Below, one piece after another: positions 1-12,986 of a stretch of DNA of 64,000 nt. Within the stretch, counting starts at the first letter, position 1, and the number at the start of each line of letters is the position of its first letter. Source of the stretch: Sphaerodactylus townsendi (lineage: Eukaryota); NCBI RefSeq assembly GCF_021028975.2, contig NC_059428.1, positions 84,444,001-84,508,000 on the forward strand, written 5' to 3'. Made by a program: the position numbers and the translations under genes. The notes beneath the pieces are model-generated. The model was not told the DNA's origin. It saw nothing but the letters and a program-made list of their open reading frames with translations, and made no database searches.

Positions 1-748
1 ATCTGGCAAAGGAAAGATTCAACCCACGGGTAGAACCAGTGCAGCGTTCCCAAGAACCAGTTGTGGTGGTCTTAGTGATTCTGGGGCCCAGGGCAGAAGC
101 CCAAGGTGGGGCCAAAAATCACTGCCAATCCACAGGGTGGAGAAAGGATGGTCTTTATCCCATGTGAGGCGAGCAGGATTTAAGTCCCGGACAGAGAACT
201 CACAAGTGGTTGAGCTAGCTGCCTGACCCCTGGATGGAGTGGATATGAGTGGCTGGTGCTGTGCATAGGTGCTACAAGCCCCAAAAGTGTGAGTGGGGGT
301 GGTAGGAGCCTGTTCTTTCCCCCCCTCTGCTCTTTTGGGGTGGGGGTAGGTCTGTGGGTGGTCAGGGGCCCCTCCAGCATGGGGACAGCTGCCTATTTGC
401 CCCTGGAACTCTTCTCCTACCCCCTCCATTATATATATCAAAAGCTGCTACCTAACTTGGCAACAAGACAGATGAGAGAAATACCAGTGGCTAGCCAGCT
501 GGCAGTCCTCCTACCCAGGTGCACTTTGATCAGCTGCAATTTGATCAGCTGTGCATACTCAAAGGATCTTTCGGAAATGATGTAAAATTTTATATAGTCA
601 AGCTGCCTTTTGTAGGTGTTGGATGCATGCAGGCACACACTTTATTAGAAGAAGAAGCTCCCAGAAAAGGAAGGTGGCCTAGCAGATATCTTTGGGTTGC
701 TGCCAGTGGGTGTAGACACTGTCGAACTAGATGACAGTTATATATGTT

Positions 749-776
749 TTTAATTAATTAATTAATTAATTAATTA
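749..776. repeat. (TTAA)n microsatellite
   Basis: About 7 self-complementary TTAA units. Confidence 0.9.
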
Positions 777-869
777 GTGCAACTGGTGTTTTGTGATTGG
801 GCATAAAAGTATTCATAAGCTTGTTGTACCTTCGGGAAATCTGTATGCTGCCTCTGCAGCCCTACTATA

Positions 870-1310
870 TGTGCCCTATACCTAAAACAATAAAACAATG
901 AATCAAGTCAATAAAACAAGTCAAGCCAGTAGAATATGTGAAAACATACTAATTAAAACAAGCCAAGCCAATTTAAAAACAAGACCATAAAATGAAATAA
1001 AACAAGCCAAAAATGATATTAGTAAAACAGGCTAACTGGAAAAAAAATCCATAGCCTGCATACCAAAAAAATGTTTTGGCCTGGTGCCCAAAAGAAAGTA
1101 AGGCAGGTATCAGGCAGGCATCACAAGGAAGGGTATTCCCAAAGAGTGGTGTAATTGCTGAAGAAGGCCAAACTCTGGGTGCCACCCACCTCACCTGTGC
1201 AGGGGTCACAGAGAGCAGGGACTGAAAAGAGGATCATAATGGGGGGGGGGATGGACAGTGGAAGGAGGTAGTCCTTCATCTGTAGGTACACATGTAATTT
1301 AGGCAAAAAC
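870..1310 (-). mobile_element. decayed L2-like LINE 3' fragment
   Basis: The minus strand reads (L)PCDACLIPALLSFGHQAKTFF followed by a T-rich 3' UTR, the same organisation as the 3' end of the 43.8-45.3 kb element. Confidence 0.55.
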
Positions 1311-4300
1311 TACCAGAGCATACTGCTTTTATACAGAGGCTTTAAAAGATCAGCAAAACAGTACCAGGACTGGGGGTGGAAAAGATACACTCTTCATCAC
1401 TATATTATGCAAAATATAGATTGAAGGTGAGCATATTTGTGTTTGGTGAAAACTACACACATACACACCCATCAGTGAAATACATCTTTGTTAAGACCAA
1501 TCAATATGTACGAAGTAGCTAATGTGAATAATGCAAGTTCACATTAGAATATTCTGCACGGAACAAAAAAGTATGGGGAGACAAGAACGCTTCAAAGAAA
1601 GCCCCCGTTGATCAAGTTGGTGGCAGTCAAAATGGGGGACAGGAGATACTCTAGATGAGGTAGTGCTGTGTGGAAAGAAGGTTCCCAGATGCACCAAATG
1701 CTTCTGGAATAGAAAAGGAGAAAAAGGAACTGCAACAAATCCCCCAAACACACCCTCCCCGTGAAATCAGGTTTTTTTTCATTATGTGGCACCTTGTCTT
1801 TTTGGAAAATGTGATGTTTTAAGACAGAAGCGTAGAGTAATGCATGTGAAGAGACTTCTAGTTGTACTTTTCTGAAGTGCCTTCAGGTATTCTCCACATT
1901 CAGTTGTTTCTCCATTTTTAATTTTTTGTACTTGTTTTGTTAAAGCAGCACTCGTTGCATAATTAATTCTATTACGCTTGTTGGTTGTTCATCTTGTATC
2001 TAAATATAGATGAAAATGCATGTTGATCTTATTTATAAAGGGAAGTACATAAAAATGGTCATGGTACTTATAGACATACTTATCAGTTATTTGAAAAACT
2101 GTCTTCTGATCACCTGAAAAAAATTGAAAACAACATTTGAAAACACCCCCCCCCCTCACATCATGAAGCATGCTTTATAATAGTAGCCAGAGCAGAACAA
2201 CTAATTACATAAATGGGACAGAATGATGAATAGTGGGAATTTCTCCTTCAGTCAGAAGCAGTTTTGTTTAAATATATCCATACATCATTAGTTAATCTTT
2301 AACCTGTTCATCATTAAATTAGGACCAGAAATCTTTAACAAGAAAGTTAAAGAGACTAATTTCATCATGCCATTAGTCCAAGAAGTAGTCATTTTCTCAA
2401 GGCCCCATGATAAACATGGGGATGGGAATTTAATTTCTCTCAGAATTATTTCTATCTGTTAGAGTTTTATCCTACCTTTCCTTCATGAGACCCATGTCAG
2501 CATAGATGATTCCCCAAAAGGCAGCATAAAAATATTTCAAATACATGATAAATGTCAATTAAGCTCAAGGTGTCCAGTGACTGATGAGGGTGACTATCCA
2601 TCATGGCAAGATTTCTTGTAGGGACATATTTCCTCAACACCCACTTTCATTCTCCATTCTCTGTGAGGCAAATGATGCTACTTCTAGCCTGACTTTTTAA
2701 CTTGCTTCTTTGCCAGAGTGAGATTTGCCAGTGAACACAACTTTGCCCAGACATCTTCCCTCTGCCCATGGCCAGCCTATCTACCTCCACCCTTTACCCT
2801 TCACATTGCCACCCATGCCTTTCCCCTCAACCCCCTTCCATGTTGTTGTCTCATTCCTGCTTCTCTAAATGTCCATATCAAGAGATTGATATCTTGATAT
2901 AATAGAGAGGGCATTTCCAAGGAAGAGCACAAGCAGGGTCTCTTTTGGGCTCCACACCACCTCTCCTGCTCTACTTCTGCCCTCCCCAATGACCAGGAGG
3001 GATTTTAAAAATTTTATTTCAAACATGTCTTTATTTTAAAGTATAAGAAAGGGAAAAGTGATGGGGAAAGTCTTTTCTGAACTTTAGAAGACATGGAGAA
3101 ATGGGGAGCTCTGGTCTGACTGATGGGTATTTTGTCCTTAAAATTGCTTTTTGGCATTAAATCTGGCCCCAACAGTTTTGACTTGATAAGAAGCCTTTTG
3201 ACTGTTTCTAATTTTTAGGAAGTGCATGTCGGCATATCAAGATAATCTATAGGGCATTTTTATGCTGTTATTCTAGGCTAATACCATTGATTTCATTGAG
3301 TCTAGAAAGGAGTAACTATAAGATTGCATTGTTTTTAAGCATTCGTACTCCTCCACCCACTAATCAGTACCATGATGGCATGGGGGTTAAAGACTGCTCC
3401 CCCCAAAATGGATGCTTCACAGAGAGTTTTGGGGTGCATCTTGTGTGTCAAGCCTGGGCAGGAAGGGGGTTAATCACTGAACTTTTTCCTTGGCTCTAAG
3501 GTGTTGGCTAGACAATAGGTCTAACGAACACCCATTGTTCACCCCAAGGTGATTTAATCAGCACTCTGAGCAGAGCATTATCGACCCTATCTTCACCAAT
3601 CCCAGTAATCAGTGGGTATTCAAGGGAATAATCCAGGCATTTTCCACTTCTGGCCTCCTTTCCTTGGATGTCCCTTTAAGATGTCACTGACAATCATCTC
3701 TAAAGCCCTATCCAAGATCCTCTCTCTTATCTTTGTCAGTTCTTGTATGCTTTCTGTGCATATGTTCATTGCTTAAAATGTAGTTCTTGTGTTACTCTTT
3801 TTATTCTTAAAAAAACAATGCCTGTTCACTTGAGAGTTTTCACCCATAGACTATCCTGGCATACATTGACCTCATCTTGCTGTCTGACTGCACTAAGGTC
3901 GATTCTGCACAGCATACTAATAATGGGTTACATCTGTTATTTTGGAATTTGAGTCTATTCCGTTTTTGGTCTTTGCATGGGTACTTGTTCTCTGTGAAGA
4001 AAATAATCTGTTTTCTTTCTGCCCCTTTGCACAAACCCACAATGCAAATGCACAAGTGCAAAGATCCCATTTTTCCTGCATTCTGATTGCCTGTCCATCA
4101 CCACAGTCCCCCTTCCACCCACTCCCACCCTCTGCTAAGGGAATGCTTCTGATTGGTGGAGCACCTACAGCACCACTGGGAGCCTAAGCAGAACCTCTCC
4201 CTCCCACTTCTACAGCATGGGGGGAAAAAAAGGTTTAGGACTTTGAAATCACAACACACGGAAACATGAAGCATGCAATCTCCACCCCGTTTACACTGTG

Positions 4301-6664
4301 ATATACAAAATAATAAAATCTGTCCAAAAAGGGAGCAAAGCAATTGTCGCATCCACATCCAAAGATGTGTATCTGCCTAGCTATGTGCTCTGAGCACCCA
4401 AAAAAGAAAAAGGAAAGGTTGTGAATCGATTGCTGTACACATTTGGGTGAAATGGTACTCACAATTGCTGCCAAGGGGGCAAAACATGCTTGGGGGACAT
4501 TTCTGAAAATGGCAGGCTGTCCCACTGGTTGACAGCTCAGCAGAAATGAAACTGACATGATGTAAGGCAGGACAATGAGCAGCAGAGCAGGAAAAGTAAA
4601 GCGGTTGGGCATTAGTGCCATTCCCATGGAAGCGGGTTCAACCCAATATATATATATTTTAATTACAATGTTGGCATTTTTTGAAAAATCCAGGTTGAGG
4701 GAAATATAATGGATCAATCCCACTTTGGGGGAGGAACCCATGCAAAGTTCTTTCCTGGGGTTATTTCCCTTCATCAATCCATTACATTTCTACGGTGCGG
4801 GTTCCGGTTCCGGTTGCTGAGTAGGGCAGCCACATTTCTGAGCTCCTCCACATTTTAAGATAAGTAAAGATAACTTTTAACCTTAGGCTAAATTGTACCG
4901 GGCTTGAATTTCTACAGTGTGGAATTGACCTAATTCTCTCCAACTTAACTGGAGATTTCTGTTTAGGGTAACATGTTAACCGGTTGTTCCTTTCCTATTA
5001 GAATTGCCAATGCCCAAGTATGATCAACCAACTAACACTGCATCTCACTGCGTGTTATAAATGTCTCCTAGTGTAACCCCCATGCCCAGAATGGGTTGGC
5101 CCAGATTGGGTTGACCCAGTAAGGGGTGGAGACTCAGAGCAGCAGAAAGGCTGAAAGAGCTCTTTGCAGAAGACAAGGCTACCAGACTCGGACCTTGATT
5201 TCTATAAGCCCTTAACACCTTGTTAAGGGTTTTCTTTTGTGGTTGTAATGGGTGAGAGTTCTCCTGGAGACCTTCATCATGTTGCAACCTGTTCATCAAG
5301 CCCTTGGAGTCTTCAGGAGCCAGCCAACTTGCAAAGAAGAATTTGGACTTGGCAATATCAGTAGACTGTAAATAGAAGGACTTGAAATGCAACCTGAACA
5401 GGACCTTGAATTGTAACGTTAAATGTTGATGTTTTAAAAGTGTTAATTGTAAAGAAAAGTAAACCATTTTGTTGTTTAAAAATTGTTGTTGCAACTCATT
5501 CCAAGTACTGCCCCACAGAACCCACAAGCTGAGGTTACACCAGCTCATATCTTCAAACAAACATTACCAGGTAATCGAAAATTAAATAAAAGTCACCAGC
5601 TGTGAGGCTGTAACTCAGGGTTAAATGAGAGAATTTCAGTAAAAATCAATGTCCTCTTGGTAAAACTCTGAGCAAATTAACCCCCTGCCCCAAATTAAGC
5701 AAAAAAAGTATCAATAATTTCACACATAGCAGATCTTACAGAATGTTAGGAACAATGCCGCCAATTTAAAATTGTAAGAACTTTATATAATTTGAAACCA
5801 CTTGGTTGCTTTTCCATGTTACCTTTGCCTTTATAGATTTATGAAAGTTTGAAGGAGGTGTGGAAACAAGGAGTCCTACAAGACACAAGGAAGACTGGGG
5901 GGGGAAATCCTCAGATTTTTAAATACCTGCTTTAATCCCAAGTGAATTCGGTGTTAGCAACACCTGCTGCCTTTAGTGCTGGGTAAATCCCCTGAAATGT
6001 GAATGAAATAGTGTTGTTGCATCATTGGGAGTAAGTTTAGCTATTGTTTCCAAGGTTAACGCATTATCATATTATTATGAAGACCTGAAAAAGAATCACC
6101 AAGGTGGCCAATAGATGTGCAACATCCCTGATTATTGCTCTATTACAATCTATCTCTAGGCAACAGAGAACTTTCACCCTAGAGAAAATAGCTGCCATGG
6201 TGGCTGGACTCTATGGCATTATATTTGGCTGTGGCTCCTCTCCCCCGCTCCCCCCCCCCAAATCTGCTTTTCCAGACTCCATCCCAAAATCCCCAGGCAT
6301 TTCCCAACCTGGAAGAGGCAAACTGTAGCCAGGCTTTGCCCTGGTGAATCTTCTCTCAAAGGCCAAAAAAAGTGGTGGACTTTGCCCACTTTTATTCACA
6401 TAACCCACCCTGGCATGCTGTGGTTGCCTAGCATCAGCCAAAGAGGAAATTAATTCCTTAAAGCTATAGGGACTCCTTTTTTCATTATAGGGTTTTAACT
6501 CTCTTACCAATTAAGATTTCAGATTTTTCCAGAAACCTGGGACACTTTTTCAGGCATGTAGAAAGATCTGTCTCATGTGTTCATTGTCCCAATCACCAGA
6601 GTTAAGTATCTTTAAAATTTGCTGACTGCTGTATAGATAGCATAGAGTAGTGGTTAAGAACACA

Positions 6665-6960
6665 TTTCTGGACTCTCCACATCTCAAAAAGGATATCGAA
6701 GATAGAAAAAGTGCAAAGAAAAGCAACAAAGATGATTGAGGGATTGGAGCACCTTCCTTTTGAGGAGAGGCTGCAGCGTTTGGGACTCTAGTTTGGAGAG
6801 GAGACGTCTGAGGGGGGATATGATTGAAGTCTATAAAATTATGCATGGGGTAGAAAATGTTAACAGAGAGAAATGTTTCTCTCTTTCTCACAATACTAGA
6901 ACCAGGGGCATACATTGAAAATGCTGGGGGGGAGAATGAAGACTAATAAAAGGAAACACA
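6665..6960 (+). mobile_element. CR1 LINE ORF2 C-terminal fragment
   Basis: EKVQRKATKMIEGLEHLPFEERL..SLERRRLRGDMIEVYKIMHG, typical CR1 peptide, with frameshifts. Confidence 0.88.
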
Positions 6961-7663
6961 GCATTTGCAAGGTTTGCTCAAATTCTGCCATTATCAGGCA
7001 AACCAGAAAAATGCCAGTGTCACACTTATCAGAGACCACAGTGACCAGCAAAAGTTTAGAAGGATTTATCATAAATGACTTGGCAAGGAGAGGCCTTCCA
7101 AAGTTATAGCTGCACATCAACCAGGAGGAAATTTCCAATTTTAAAATTTTCAAGTATGATAAACATATCTGGCACCACTTCAGGAACTGAGGGGCCATTA
7201 GACACCTTTAACAGCAGCATGGATGGCCATTAAATACAATTTCCTCCAGTGAGGGACAGAGAACTCTCAAGGAGGATACTACATTGCCAAGCCTGTGACA
7301 ACAGCAAGATAGAAATTAATATATGTCCCCTTACTATTTTTTCAGTGTCCTCTTTTTGAAATTACATTAAATAAAATAGTAGATCCAGTGGACTGGATAC
7401 AATGGAAAAGTTTCACTGATAAAAAGGGGTGGATTCCATCTCCTCTCCCCTGCAGCAACATTTCAAGAAGCATTTTGAGATGCAGCAGCAGGCCTGCTCT
7501 GCTGACGGAAATCCCGTCCACCCGTAGAAATGCTGCACAGGATCCAAGGCAATGTGTTTCATCTGGAGCATATGCAACTTTGACACAGAAAAAAATTAGA
7601 CAGGTTGTACCCTACATGGATTAATGTTATACCTACATATTCATTTGTTGGGTGTTTGAGAAG

Positions 7664-8371
7664 TAGCGGTATTTTTGGATTTGCATTTAATACCGGTAGT
7701 TCTGAAATTTTTTTTTTAAAAAAGGTGAACTTTTACAGTGATATGAGTGCCTCCCCTTACCCACTTTTTATTTTTTAAATATCTGGAAATTTGAAGGTCA
7801 ATTAAACCCTATGGGAACATTTTGGGGACTCAGGGAAACAGGTTTTTTAAGGTAGACACACCATGTTTGCAGCACAGCTGCAGGAGATTCTCCTTACAAG
7901 GACCCCCATGGTTGGTGAAGACTGGGTTCAATTTTATGGGGTTCCAAAGATCTATCCATCTTCCAGTAAAAATGAAGGAAAATTTGGGATCATAAAATTG
8001 CAAAACTGACCCAAACTTAACTAAACTTGGGAACTGTTGTAAGGAGAGGTACTTGCAGCTGCACTGAAAATTTAAGGCCTCTACCTCAAAAACATCCTCC
8101 TCCAGAGCCCTGTAAAGACTCCTCAAAGAGTTCAATGTTGTTGAAACATTTTCCTGCCAATATGAGAATGGCAGGAAAATTTGTCTCAGTTCCATCTGGT
8201 GTAAAGTTGCTTGACTCCAATCAAGAGCCCTGCAAAAATAGATGACCTGAAAAAGCAAAAAAAAATCAGTTTTTTCCAGTATTGCCTTTTTATTAAAATG
8301 GTGCCCCCTTTCCTGGTCGAAAAAACTGAAATGGCTTTTTTCCGTTTGGCATATTTAAATGCACACCCCTA
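7664..8371. mobile_element. non-autonomous hAT element, about 710 bp
   Basis: 8-bp direct repeat TTGAGAAG at 7656-7663 and 8372-8379; ends TAGCGGT.. and ..CACCCCTA. Confidence 0.7.
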
Positions 8372-9083
8372 TTGAGAAGTTATTTGTGCCTTTTGCCACT
8401 AGATGGTGCAGCTGATGCATCTGCTGTGAAAACAAGGCAGACCAAACAGCTCAGCATTTTCCAACTACATTGTGAGGGGTTTTCCCAAACAGCTTTCACA
8501 ATCCCTACACACTCCAGACATACAAGGTAGTTGAATTATACTTGTCTCTACTAGATGTAGGTGACCAGAGGTGGGGCATACCAACCCAAGTGGGAAAGTC
8601 TGAGCAACTGTTCCTCACTTATGAACACCCTTCAGCAAGGGTCCTCAACAAGGTTCATGTTACTGAGGCTGTGGCACCTGCCGCTTTTCAGAAAATGGGT
8701 GGGGCTGTTGCAAGACAAACCTTGGCTGCCTTCAGTCAAATGAAAAGGTCTTCACAGAACCAATAGTAGTTACAGCCACTGGAGGATCCCTTTATATCCA
8801 CATCTCTTTCTCCCCCTCCAGCTGTTCTTCATTTCTTTTTATTCTCCTTCTTCAGTTCAGGGTCAGCAATTTGGGGTGGCACTCATTGTCTGCAGTCAAA
8901 ATTGAATAGGTGTCTGCAGTTGAAAAAAGTTGGCTACACCTGACTGGAGAATCTCCATTTCTTAGTCCTACATCCTTTTGGGGGCTGATTGTAGGTTAAG
9001 TTCCTCCTAGCTAAGTATAGCCATACAAACTGTAGAAAATATATAAGGAATTAAGCCTATTTTCACACAAACATTATTTAGCA

Positions 9084-9300
9084 TGGTTGTGGTGGGTTTT
9101 CCGGGCTGTGTGGCCGTGGTCTGGTAGATCGTGTTCCCTTTGGGGATCGGGCGGTATAGAAATTGAATAAATAATAATAATAATAATAACAACAACAACG
9201 TTTCACCTGCATCTGTGGCTGGCATCTTCAGAGGTGTATCACAGAGGGAAGTCTGTTACACACTGTGTCCAGTGAGAAGGGAATGTTTTAGTGGGGTATA
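9084..9300 (-). mobile_element. Penelope-like element terminal fragment containing a minimal hammerhead ribozyme core
   Basis: Minus strand CCU-CUGAAGA-U-GCC..GGU-GAAA-CGUU at 9234 to 9197; interrupted by a LINE tail at about 9138-9196. Confidence 0.65.
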
Positions 9301-10517
9301 CCCACTTGGGAGACCTTTACACACATTTGAAACATGTTACTTTACATGAGAACATATTTTTCCATGAGCTAATTTAAATTAGTGTATGAAAAGATGAAAG
9401 ACTTGCAGTTGTAGCATACTGCTTCTTAGGTAAGGTGGCACAACAGTTTAGGCTACTCTTTGGCTGCTTCATGACAGAAGTTGTGCTTTTTCGAATCGTC
9501 TAACCTGAGAAAAGGTGTCTTCACAAACAAGCCTCAAGTCCAGAAAAGTGATGCTTACTGATAGTTAAGTGGCTCATAGAAATAAAAGACAGACTCTTGG
9601 GTATTAAGCATACATGTTTACTTAATCTATACAGAACGGAGTAGATAAAATTTCAGATTCACATTAGTGAAAAATCTCTACAAAATGTTCCTGAAAAGCA
9701 AAAAAACAAAACAAAACACAAGACTGGCTATTCATTCAGCGTTTTTTTTCTTCCATGAAAGCAGATATGGGTTGTAAAAATAAAGCAGACTGTTCAGCAC
9801 AAACTAGATTTCTGCATCACTTTTCACAGTTATTTCCATCTATAGTCTGAAGAGGTAGATTTTCTGCAACACCTGAGAATTGAACTGCAACATAACCAGG
9901 TGTAATCAAAGGACAATGGATTTGGAAGATACAGCCCCCAAGCATCCGAGTTTGTAACTACACTTCAGTGTTACAAATAAAAGGTGACTTTTACTGACCG
10001 TATAGTTCAGTCAGTGAAAGATTAGTCTTAACGTTCTAGGGGTTATTCAGTCAGTTGTGCACTGTCTCCACCTCATGAAAGGGTAGCAAGAGTACACCCC
10101 TCCCCCTGATACTGAACACATTTGTTGCAAATTCACTGTAAAATGTATACGGAGATGGACGGTATAAGCAATAGCCTTAATTTTCTTTTTAAATACATGA
10201 TTACTGGTTTACAGTAAAGCAGCTGCCTGTGGAAAGCATGTGTTGTATAAGTACATGGACAAATTTGTTGGAGAACGGCAGTGCAATGTATGGCAGAACA
10301 ACAGAGTTCTGGACTCGTCCTAAAGTAGCCCTCGCTCCAGTCTATGGAATGACTATAAGGCTTCAGGAAATTTAATTTAGCCTAACGAGATTTAGGAGAG
10401 ACCAAGTGGAAAGGCTTGCATGTGCACGCAATTTTTTAAAACACACAAAAAATCATTCCAATTCCTCCTCCCCCCCAACCCCAGTATCACTAAACCTAAT
10501 ACTTACACTGGTTCTCA

Positions 10518-10523
10518 TTTATT
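10518..10523 (-). terminator. candidate TXLNG poly(A) signal (AATAAA)
   Basis: tttatt on +; a TG/T-rich tract follows on the minus strand; an alternative AGTAAA sits at 9617-9622. Confidence 0.45.
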
Positions 10524-12653
10524 GAAATTTGAAAGCTTGCAACAGAATCCAAAATATATTGTTGCCTACAGGCAGAAGAAGTTCTATACCATTCTGGCAA
10601 GAAGGAGAGGCAACAAATTGCATGTAAAAAACCCTCAAGAAGCACTGCAGTTTACTTGCAATTTGCATTCAGATTCTAACTCCATTAAGAGAATAAATTC
10701 TGGTTCTTTTCTGCACCTGTCAAGTTGAAAATCCTGTTGCTTTTATGTCTTCGTTTTAGAACAGTAGCCAAAGGTGTCTAACACTGAAGATACTCTCCAA
10801 TATCTCTGATGCCACCAAGTGGTTAAAATTGGCAAAGTTAAGCGCCTATGCCCTCACTGCACATGTCCCACCAGATTCACTGCTCTTGGAATGCACAGAA
10901 ACGAGCAAATGCAACTTGGGTGAGATTAGCTGGCCAGTTCTTAGGTCACAACAGATGTAGAACTGACTTTGCTCATGAGTGGTATGAGCTAGCATTTGAA
11001 AAATTCATTTCAAACTTCACTTACTTAAAGATATTGATATCCCACTGTACATCATATCAGGGAAAGGGTGAAGAGCTCAGTGCAACCTGAATATTCAAGT
11101 TTTTTTAGCAACTAACCATAAAAGAGAAGGGGTAGGCCAACCAAATACCTACCAACAATTATGTGCTTGAATGTGAACTCCCTCTAAAGCAAAGATCAAA
11201 TCAGGTACCAGCAATGGGAACATTTATCCCTCAAAATAGCAACTGCAACTTAGAAAGTGAACACTAGCAAGCGAAGTTAACAGCAGCTGTGATCATTTTG
11301 CACAATGCCTACACTAACAAAGTAAACATGCTGTTGGTCCCTGTGTTAAAACTCATATTTAGGGGGCTTTTCAGAGCAAGCCAATGTTCAAAACTCCAGG
11401 GCAAAAATAAAATGGAGCTGTGATCACTGCGCATCAGTTAAGATACAAATTGACATGCCAAATTCAGCAGGTAACCTGTAGATACCAGAAGGCACTTTTA
11501 CTTACTGGTATGTTTTGTCAAGCAAAATGTTGTATTCTAGAAAAAGCACTAACTAAAGATTTAAGATCAGAGTAGTTTTTTTTCTAAATCGCTCTGCCTG
11601 GATTAGGTAACACATCATCATAAAGACTTTTCCATATTCTGAATTATCCTTGACAATGAAAACATGTATTCAGTCAAGTAGATAATACGATGTTCCGAAA
11701 AGACACAGTGGCAAAAAAAAGCTACAAAAAGTATCAATACTTTGCCTAGACAACCACTAACTTAAGCCCCAGCCATTTTGAGCACATAGCTACTACTCCA
11801 TAGTATAAGTAATAACTAAAGTGCAACTTCAGGCACATATTTATGGACAGCATGCTTCAAATTACAATTTTGAAAAGAGATGTTTTCCTGTGAAGTTGGG
11901 GGCAGGATGCATACAAGATAACCTGGTTTTAGTTAGTGGCTGCCCAGATCAAATTTGAGTTTCTCTGTAGCCATCTCCCCTTTTAATCACTTTATGAAGT
12001 AGGGCAGAAACCACCCTATGAATGAATTAACCCTGCAGGTCAATCCTGAGAAATATGAAAGACAGTTGTAAACCCTGTTTTTTCCAGTTGCAAAATTACA
12101 TATATTTCAAAGCAGTAGACAAGATTGCAGCTACACTAAACCCTGTACGATTATTCAGCTTTGTTTGTACAAGCAAATATGAATCTGGTGAGCAGAAGCT
12201 TCCACTGGTTATCACACCTCTGTTTAACAATAGTTTACACCCTTTTTTGGTAATTAGAGTTGGATACCAAACCTTAATCCACCTAACAGAAGCAAGCTGT
12301 TGCTTTTCCCAAACCAGTTACTCCCCTGACACGATGTCAAATCTGTACATGAGTCTGGTTAACAGGGCGATGTGTGTTAACAAGGTCAGAAAGAAGGAAT
12401 TTGCATGCATCCTTTATGATAGGGTCGGTTTTCTTTAAAAAAGTGAGGCAGATGTGCAACACAGTTGTGGAAAATTTATAGATAAGCTATTCAATAGCTG
12501 CTATGCAGCTTCCTGTACCAGGCAAGTTCTGTTGTTCTAAGAAAATACAGATATGGTAGAAAAAGTAAGAAAATTTTCACCACAAAACTAATAGTTAACC
12601 ACCACCAGTTAAAGTTATACACAAAATATATCTCTCAATACAGTGTTTACACT

Positions 12654-12986
12654 TTAGTCAACAAAATCTGTGGTAGGAATGGAATCTAGGCAGACAGTTT
12701 TTTCAGAGCTATTGCCTTCAGTTGCCACCCTCAATCCAGGATCTGGCTGGATTCCTTCTTCCGCTCCATTGGTAGAAATCCCCAGTTTCTCATGGGAACT
12801 GAGTGTGCATGATTGCAACACTCGTACAGCCAGATCAACATCCGCTTCCCTTACAGCAACCTGTTCCTTAAGGACTTCCACCTTCTCATTCAACTCATTT
12901 CTTTCTGTTTGAAGAGCTCTGCACAGCTTTTCCAGTCGCTCTAGTTTTATCTGAAAGCCTTTATATTCTCTGTCTTTAACTGTTTT
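12654..12986 (-). CDS. TXLNG: gamma-taxilin exon 10 (stop codon)
   Basis: KTVKDREYKGFQIKLERLEKLCRALQTERNELNEKV...TTDFVD*; joined CDS is 1617 nt = 538 aa. Confidence 0.96.
   Translation of the reverse strand, partial: KTVKDREYKGFQIKLERLEKLCRALQTERNELNEKVEVLKEQVAVREADVDLAVRVLQSCTLSSHEKLGISTNGAEEGIQPDPGLRVATEGNSSEKTVCLDSIPTTDFVD

Noticed and set aside
3000-3730. Possible gag-like peptides on the minus strand (KIRERILDRALEMIVSDIL..., EPRKKFSD)
   Set aside because: Too short and interrupted to call; could belong to the 5-7 kb remnant but unsupported without a profile search
4235-4777. 180-aa minus-strand ORF
   Set aside because: No recognisable homology and crosses low-complexity TA and poly-T runs; a GTGAGTAC donor near 4461 alone does not support an exon
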